This document shows positions 58,901 through 64,000 of a stretch of DNA of 64,000 nucleotides, one piece after another. Each line of letters opens with the position of its first letter. Position 1 is the stretch's first letter. The notes below the pieces were generated by a model. It was given only the letters and a program-made list of their open reading frames with translations, had not been told where the DNA came from and did not search any database. The translations under genes and the position numbers were made by a program. The stretch spans positions 448,001-512,000 of the forward strand of contig CAWFSF010000006.1 of NCBI GenBank assembly GCA_963818475.1. Reading direction: 5' to 3'. This stretch comes from Nitrospirota bacterium. Its GTDB lineage: Bacteria; Nitrospirota; UBA9217.

Positions 58901-59915
58901 TACTCCCAGCGGCAGGGCATTATATTTTGTACAAATTGCCATCCTGGATTCTGACGGGAAACCCGCAATTACTGAAAACGTAACACAACTAAAACGTTTT
59001 GTTCCTGTCAGTACGACAACCAACACAACGATTGAAACGGTCGTACCTCTGCAGTTCAGCCTTATGAGCGAGGTTGCTCCCATAGATTCTGATTCCGACG
59101 GGAATGTGGATAGGGTCTATGTGGGGGACGCAGGCGGGAACTTGTGGCGTTTCAATGTCGGTGACACGAACCGTGTCAACTGGAGCGCCGTTAAATTATT
59201 CAGTTCACATGCAGGATTTAAGGCTTCCGGTGATCCCATGACGAACGTAGCCGATTTTGAATCGAATGGGAGGAGATCCACCGGCCGAAAAATTTTTTAC
59301 CGGCCTGCGGTTACGATGGAGGTCGGTGGTTCGGCGATAGTTTTTTTCGGTACGGGGGACAGGGAGCATCCTCTTAATCAGGCCCACACAGATAGAATAT
59401 ATGCCATTAAGGATACAGGCGGGACGACCACACTGACTGAAAGTCACCTGGTAGATGTCACAGACGACAAGTTGCAGGGAGACGATGCAGAAGCCGCCGC
59501 GTTGACTGTGAGTGCCCTTTCCGCGAAGAAAGGATGGTATATCCGATTGAACCAGCATGCGGGAGAAAAAGTGCTGGCTTTGCCTACCTTGTTCAGCAAA
59601 GCAATTTACTTTACCACGTTTACGCCCAATGCGGTCATGAATTTGGACCCGTGCGAACCGGGGAATCTCGGCATGGGACGACTCTATGCGCTTAACTATA
59701 AGACCGGGGAAGCGGTTATCGATCAGGACGGGACCCCAGGTCTATCGGGTTCTGACCGGTCCACTGAGTTAGGGGCGGGCATTCCGTCAGGCGTGGTGGT
59801 CGTGGTCTCGCAGACCGGAGACGTGCTTGCGCTGATCGGGAGCGGCGGTACCATAACAACCGAAAAGATCAAAGCAACGGGCGGAATCCTTCCCATTTAC
59901 TGGAGACAAAAGTAG
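55995..59915 (+). CDS. pilY1: PilY1/PilC-type pilus tip adhesin
   Basis: signal peptide, vWA-like region, W.GNLKKY, LGDILHS.P, G.NDGMLHAF, WAFIP, D.D.DG.VD..Y.GD, FGTGD, GWY, YWRQ. Confidence 0.88.
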   Translation: MKRFFLPMLALVALTAFSQSAFAAPDCYKGDTAIYGSPTSSLRPKVLFLIDNSHATLNPAVGEPYNPAKIYTGGTTTFRPNSVYLSDNQGIFNSEVLTDYSVNLQCSSVKTILGRAGIYAGSGTVDNPNIDVIAGKGVCQTSHPTGAVYARGNYLNYLETPIDPRLYVNVNGSDYLLALSHEPISCMSEPYDCNEPGNELAIDYEGERTYECLVTNDDGTTTTGTCTETVSIPALDSTPEDRATLTPVYRWAAFWTKQSTNTSTNSWSAGGNSGPVYPPWYATPNPGKTQREIVYKALELVIQAVRGKIDIGAMVYSSNNVGGELLAEVSDLSSEATYTAFLAKLPGNVADKVEARALTSRTARPQAGALYDAGLYFQGNYGNSGLMIGSDRTTHPSPIQYKCDSSEIIMITNGMSNGDQSPKLKNNIKDFDDDMYGGDAPPYDGEGEEIPYGQGSHYLDDVAKYLYDKDNIALPGEDILQRVKTHTVLVFQPEDSLVSRASDSAHGNGNFYNVYSAEALARALADLFQSIVDDTDTSFIAPVVPVSPENRTYSGSRVYMGFFKPQDNKYWKGNLKKYGLDENNNIVDSRIDADGKHTFFANYIDKDNNGFDDRGNNTNEDPLANKSRDGSFRPGAKSFWSSDDDGASVVLGGVGGVLKDTSKTVIDPTGADPLSRKIYTNLNGAGYLITTSTTTGNIFTTTNTSITPDMFRLTTVEAKDKLIGFFHGVNAYGEKEGTETTPPANRNWVLGDILHSKPVIVNYQSYTQTEENDCSKNTGIVYVGSNDGMLHAFRDCDGTEAWAFIPNDLLPQLRFITTRNHNMFADSTVSEYVFDNNMNGTIETDAANGDKAVIVFGLRRGSGQLGLEGRGFYYALDVTDPEKPRVLWGRIGNNTAGFDEMGESWSEPKIVKMKIGTYERIVAIFGGGYDNCNEDSRYGGSQFFNGVCANLATPLGAGMSYSPGAAVPITPSGRALYFVQIAILDSDGKPAITENVTQLKRFVPVSTTTNTTIETVVPLQFSLMSEVAPIDSDSDGNVDRVYVGDAGGNLWRFNVGDTNRVNWSAVKLFSSHAGFKASGDPMTNVADFESNGRRSTGRKIFYRPAVTMEVGGSAIVFFGTGDREHPLNQAHTDRIYAIKDTGGTTTLTESHLVDVTDDKLQGDDAEAAALTVSALSAKKGWYIRLNQHAGEKVLALPTLFSKAIYFTTFTPNAVMNLDPCEPGNLGMGRLYALNYKTGEAVIDQDGTPGLSGSDRSTELGAGIPSGVVVVVSQTGDVLALIGSGGTITTEKIKATGGILPIYWRQK

Positions 59916-59948
59916 CGATAGCATGATGTAACGCATCATCCCGGTGTT

Positions 59949-60941
59949 ATGATAAATAGAACGATAACGAAAAAAACGCGTCGCAAGAAAAGAATCACGC
60001 AAAAAAAAGAACGGGGCAGGAATAATCTGCAGACCGGGGCGCTCCTTGTTATTCTCCTTGCCCTTTTCGTGGCAGCCATGATGTATCGGGGGAAAGAGAT
60101 GAGGGCGGAAAGCAGCGGGTCCCGTGAAATAACGAGTGCGGGTGCAGGAGTTACCCTGCTCCCGAGCCCTCCTACTGCTGCAACCGACCTGGAGGTTTCC
60201 GCCGGGGAATGGGCAGGTGGGGACGTTACGTACCAATGGAAGCGAAACAATGAGGTGATCGGTGGGGAGTCAACAGCGCGGTTAGCCAGAACCAATTTTG
60301 CAAAAGGCGATATCATCTCAGTGACGGTTGTTTCAGGCGGGAGAGAAGAGACTGCATCAGTTGAGATCGCCAACTCTCGTCCTAAAGTTAGTTCCATTTC
60401 TTTTGCGCCTGAAATTCCGACGCCTGGCAGCGAGTTGAGTGCTGCTCCTGTCGCCGTGGACGAGGACGGAGATTATGTGCGGTTCACCTATGCGTGGAGC
60501 GTCAACGGCAGTGAGATCGGCGTGAATTCCGCTGCCCTGCCGGGAAATGCATTTAAAAAAGGCGATCGCATTTCCGTTGCGGTTCTCCCATTCGATGCTG
60601 ACGGAGATGGCCTGCTCTTTGTATCCGATCCGCTCACAACCGGAAACACTTCTCCCCGGTTTGTCTCTACCCCGGCGTCGACATTCAGTGGAACAGGGTA
60701 TTCCTATACTGCAGTTGCTGTTGATCCCGATGGCGATCCTTTAGCCTACTCGCTGGCGCAAGGCCCTCAGGGCATGAAGATCGACAGCGCCAGCGGGGTC
60801 GTCACCTGGCAGATTGATAGCAACCAGGCAGGAACGCATACGATAGAGATTGTTGCCAAAGACCCGGATGGTTTAAGAGCTTTCCAGAAATATTCATTTA
60901 CGGTCGCATTCAACAAGGAGCTGCTCAATGAGGCGAAATAG
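59949..60941 (+). CDS. membrane-anchored Ig-like repeat protein
   Basis: N-terminal TM; two Y.W..N..F.KGD.ISV.V repeats; C-terminal NTSP.F.S.P..DPDGDPL.YSL..GP.GM.ID..SG...W. Confidence 0.75.
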   Translation: MINRTITKKTRRKKRITQKKERGRNNLQTGALLVILLALFVAAMMYRGKEMRAESSGSREITSAGAGVTLLPSPPTAATDLEVSAGEWAGGDVTYQWKRNNEVIGGESTARLARTNFAKGDIISVTVVSGGREETASVEIANSRPKVSSISFAPEIPTPGSELSAAPVAVDEDGDYVRFTYAWSVNGSEIGVNSAALPGNAFKKGDRISVAVLPFDADGDGLLFVSDPLTTGNTSPRFVSTPASTFSGTGYSYTAVAVDPDGDPLAYSLAQGPQGMKIDSASGVVTWQIDSNQAGTHTIEIVAKDPDGLRAFQKYSFTVAFNKELLNEAK

Positions 60942-61431
60942 AGAAGTTTTGTCCGGACAGCGAGGTTTTACTTTGATAGAATTACTCGTTGTCATTGCCA
61001 TCATGACTATACTTTCGGCAATCGCATTGCCGTCTTATCTGGAATGGCGACGAGGCATGGTGTATCGGACCGCGGCGAGAGATATTGTGTCCTTGTTGAG
61101 GGAGGCACGGAGCAAGTCGATAGCCTCCAATAGGAACTACCTGGTGCAATTCGACTCAGCAGCTCATCAGTGTGGAATGAAAAAAGGGGCGCGTAGCCGC
61201 AACACCGTCTGGACTGATACTGGGAATGGTCCGGTAGTATCGAGGTCGGTAGGTAATGAGGTCACTATCAATTCGCTGTATGATTTCCTGGACCACCCAG
61301 ACGAAGCGATTGTTTTTAATCCCGATGGGACGGTGGTGTCGGCGGCCACGATCACCATTTCTGATGTCAATGCGAATCCAAAATTTGCCATCGACGTTGT
61401 CGCTTCCGGAAAAATCAAAATGAAAAAATAA
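60928..61431 (+). CDS. fimT: FimT/FimU (GspH-like) minor pilin
   Basis: RG/FTLIELLVV, LREARSKSI, IVFNPDG, SGKI. Confidence 0.8.
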   Translation: MRRNREVLSGQRGFTLIELLVVIAIMTILSAIALPSYLEWRRGMVYRTAARDIVSLLREARSKSIASNRNYLVQFDSAAHQCGMKKGARSRNTVWTDTGNGPVVSRSVGNEVTINSLYDFLDHPDEAIVFNPDGTVVSAATITISDVNANPKFAIDVVASGKIKMKK

Positions 61432-61585
61432 GAACTCGGTTTCCGCGTTCACCCTCCGACCCCGCCCGGAAGACCTTTATTTCTGGGCTTCCAATTTATA
61501 GCTGTCTTTCGTAATTCTCCTGTAACCCCTCCACTGTAACATTATTCCCATAAACAGGATGTTCAATCCGGTTAATGGAGGGCAT

Positions 61586-62080
61586 ATGGATATAGGGGAA
61601 CGTAGTTTGTCACGTCGTTGTTCCACGCGAGGAATAAGCATGACGGAGTTGCTCGTCGTTCTTTCCATCGTGGCGGTCCTATCAGCCATCGCAATTCCGC
61701 AGGGTATGGCGTGGAAGCGGAACCAGGTCTATCGGGAAGCGACCCGGGAAATAATGCTGGCCTTGCGGGAGGCCCGGAGCAAGGCTTTGAGCGCCAACCG
61801 TGAACACCGGGTGGAATTGAACCAGGTTGAGGGAACGTACCGGATAACCCGGGGGAACCGATCCAATAGCAGCACGACCTGGGACGAGGTCGTGCGCGGC
61901 TGGACATCACTTCCACATGAAATCAGGATCAGCGCGAGCGTATCGGCGATCCAGATGAATACCAACGGGACCGCAACAGCAAGCCGTGTTTTTATCCAGG
62001 ATTCGCTCGCCCAAAATAAAATTAAAGTAATAGTCGCCCCGAGCGGAAGAATCCGGCTCGATTACGAGGATATCAGTTAA
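61586..62080 (+). CDS. second FimT/FimU-like minor pilin
   Basis: RG/ISMTELLVV, LREARSKAL, NTNGTA, SGRI; GGAGG RBS. Confidence 0.78.
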   Translation: MDIGERSLSRRCSTRGISMTELLVVLSIVAVLSAIAIPQGMAWKRNQVYREATREIMLALREARSKALSANREHRVELNQVEGTYRITRGNRSNSSTTWDEVVRGWTSLPHEIRISASVSAIQMNTNGTATASRVFIQDSLAQNKIKVIVAPSGRIRLDYEDIS

Positions 62081-62159
62081 GTGACCGTTGTAAGTGGTTT
62101 TTCCTTTGTTTGTGGTACTATTGCCAATTCGTGAGCTGTTTGAATACCCTTCATCCTCT

Positions 62160-62744
62160 ATGAATGCGAACCGAAAAAAAATTATTCTCGCCTCTCAATC
62201 TCCCCGACGGCGGATGCTTCTGGAGCAGATCGGAATTTCCTGTGACGTCGTCCCATCGGAACTTGATGAAGAGATGCTTCCCGGTGAAACTCCTGACCAC
62301 TATGCTCTGCGCGTTGCCCTGGATAAAGCACGGAGCGTGGCAGCCAGGACGGAGGGGGAGATTGTGATCGCCGCTGATACGATCGTCGTTCTGGATAATG
62401 CAGTCCTGGGCAAGCCTGTCGACCAGGCGGATGCAGTGCGCATGCTGACCATGCTTTCGGGCAGGATGCATCGGGTGATTACCGGTCTGGCCGTGATTGA
62501 CAGCGAGGCTGGAAGGGAATTGTCAGCGACATCGGTTACACGGGTCTGGTTCCGCGCCCTCGACCAGGAAAGCATTTTTTCCTATGCAGCGTCCGGAGAG
62601 CCCCTTGACAAGGCCGGCGCCTATGGCATCCAGGGACGGGGCGCTCTGTTCGTGGATCGCATCGATGGCTGTTATTTTAACGTGGTCGGCCTTCCGTTAG
62701 CACTCCTCGCCGACCTTCTCAGTGCTGCGGGTATAATTCTCTGA
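62160..62744 (+). CDS. maf: Maf nucleotide pyrophosphatase (YhdE-like)
   Basis: ILASQSPRR, AADTIV, LGKP, LSGR.H, DKAGAYGIQG, NVVGLP. Confidence 0.95.
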   Translation: MNANRKKIILASQSPRRRMLLEQIGISCDVVPSELDEEMLPGETPDHYALRVALDKARSVAARTEGEIVIAADTIVVLDNAVLGKPVDQADAVRMLTMLSGRMHRVITGLAVIDSEAGRELSATSVTRVWFRALDQESIFSYAASGEPLDKAGAYGIQGRGALFVDRIDGCYFNVVGLPLALLADLLSAAGIIL

Positions 62745-62858
62745 TCAAACGTGTTCCGGGCCAAATCCGCCATTGATAACGTTCTGCTTGACCTGAATGC
62801 ATTATTCTGCTACATTATGCTTCTGATAGCTCTATTCTCATCGTTTTTCTGGGTTAGC

Positions 62859-62887
62859 TTGACAACCCTTCCTGCTCCTTCTAAAAT
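62859..62887 (+). promoter_or_regulatory. sigma-70-type promoter
   Basis: TTGACA-17 nt-TAAAAT. Confidence 0.7.
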
Positions 62888-62927
62888 AGTATAAAGAGAA
62901 TGTTGCGCAGGAGGCGCAGGAGGCATT

Positions 62928-63569
62928 ATGAGCGTTATTCGAATACTGGTAGCTGATAACAATAGCGGCCAAGTTGAAGCCTTGACAGCCGCGTTAAAAA
63001 AACAGCCGGATTTTGAGGTGGTTGGAGTTGCCGCAACCAGGGAAAATGCTCTCAGACAGCTGTCTATCTTGCCTGATATCATCATTCTGAATCCTGATGT
63101 TTTAAAGCAGCGGACCCTGTCCCGCTTTATCCATTCGGTCCAGGCAAAATCTCCGCTGACCAGAGTAATTATCATGTTAGAGGACCATCCTTCAGATGAA
63201 ACCGTCATTACAGGCGTCAAGACGGGGATCAGGGGTTACATTCGAATTACCGACGGTCCGGTCATTGTGGCAAAGGCGATTCGCGCTGTTCATGATGGCG
63301 AAATATGGGCGGAACGCAGACTTCTCGAAATGGCAATATCAAAGCCAATGTTATTGCCGGAAACGCTTCTTTCTCATATCCCGGGACTTCAACCTCTGAC
63401 GGACCGTGAAATGGAAGTGCTCACCATGGTACTCCAGGGTGCTACTAATCGTGAGATCGCAGACAAGAGCAGTATCAGCGAACGGACCGTGAAGACACAT
63501 TTGTACCGTGTATATAAGAAGCTCAAGGTGAAGAGCAGGACGAAGGCGATAGCGCTTTTATCACATTAA
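62928..63569 (+). CDS. LuxR/NarL-family regulator with degenerate receiver domain
   Basis: LTDRE.EVL...QG.TNREIA...ISERTVKTHL HTH; receiver lacks the acceptor Asp (DIIILN). Confidence 0.88.
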   Translation: MSVIRILVADNNSGQVEALTAALKKQPDFEVVGVAATRENALRQLSILPDIIILNPDVLKQRTLSRFIHSVQAKSPLTRVIIMLEDHPSDETVITGVKTGIRGYIRITDGPVIVAKAIRAVHDGEIWAERRLLEMAISKPMLLPETLLSHIPGLQPLTDREMEVLTMVLQGATNREIADKSSISERTVKTHLYRVYKKLKVKSRTKAIALLSH

Positions 63570-63653
63570 AATAACTCAAGTGCCGAGGCCGGCCCTTTCT
63601 TTCCTGCTCTCCGGCAATGTAATTGTCCTGGTTTAAAATAACTATCGTGTATT

Positions 63654-63695
63654 ACGCCCTGTGAAATGATCAGCTCATTTCACAGGGCGTTTTTT
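63654..63695 (+). terminator. intrinsic terminator
   Basis: perfect 16-bp stem ACGCCCTGTGAAATGA / TCATTTCACAGGGCGT followed by a T run. Confidence 0.85.
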
Positions 63696-63730
63696 GTTCC
63701 TGGTGCAGGTAATGCCTGTGCCAGGTTCTG

Positions 63731-63759
63731 TTGACTTGGGCGTTAAAAGTCTATATGAT
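63731..63759 (+). promoter_or_regulatory. sigma-70-type promoter
   Basis: TTGACT-17 nt-TATGAT, ATG 5 nt downstream. Confidence 0.6.
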
Positions 63760-63764
63760 GTCGC

Positions 63765-64000
63765 ATGTTCACTGTAATTTTTTGTTTATATCTTTTGGTT
63801 GCTGCCATCGGTTACTGGCTGCAATGGCTGAATTACACTCATCTGAAAGCCTATGGCCATGTTGTGCCTCCTGAATTTAGCGGAACTGTCGATCCGGCAG
63901 TGCTCGGGAAAATAAGCGCCTACACCGCTGAAAACAGCAGAGTGGCGATTTTCGAATCGATTATTGACAACGTTGTTGTGATCCTCTTCATGTTTTCGGG
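63765..64000 (+). CDS. M48 (Ste24-like) membrane protease, 5' part only
   Basis: manual translation MFTVIFCLYLLVAAIGYWLQWLNYTHLK..VPPEF...VD...L.K..AYT resembles Ste24-type N-termini; runs off the window, HEXXH not visible. Confidence 0.6.
   Translation, partial: MFTVIFCLYLLVAAIGYWLQWLNYTHLKAYGHVVPPEFSGTVDPAVLGKISAYTAENSRVAIFESIIDNVVVILFMFS

Overview
Bacterial chromosomal window of moderate-to-high GC. Gene order (pdxJ-acpS-nnr-CBS-tsaE, minor-pilin cluster) suggests Nitrospirota or Deltaproteobacteria-like origin; this is inference. Three blocks. (1) ~0.5-33.7 kb: a large surface-glycan locus of two convergent units, with GT2/GT4 enzymes, two GT-C enzymes (TPR-less TMTC-like and YfhO-like), a Wzx flippase, a WbpB/WbpE-like pair, AsnB, an ATP-grasp enzyme, four class I methyltransferases and four cobalamin-dependent radical SAM enzymes, headed by an EPS-associated MarR regulator with a palindromic operator. 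(2) ~33.8-53.6 kb: housekeeping genes (patatin-GDPD-glpD, atypical folD, pdxJ, acpS, nnr, tsaE, nadK, UDG, HIT, mutS, rplI, dnaB, amrB), two genes holding three TPR-like/cNMP-binding modules, a candidate unannotated ~215-nt structured RNA, and dispersed 7- and 10-bp tandem-repeat elements. (3) ~53.7-64 kb: a sigma-54-type promoter, a Zn-ribbon microprotein, pilV-pilW-pilX-pilY1, an Ig-like protein, two fimT-like pilins, maf, an atypical LuxR regulator and a partial M48 protease. Single-base frameshifts in asnB, mutS (two), dnaB, a cNMP gene, pilW and a GT2 stub are most likely sequencing errors. No rRNA, tRNA, CRISPR array or transposase was seen. All calls come from reading motifs by eye; no database search was run.
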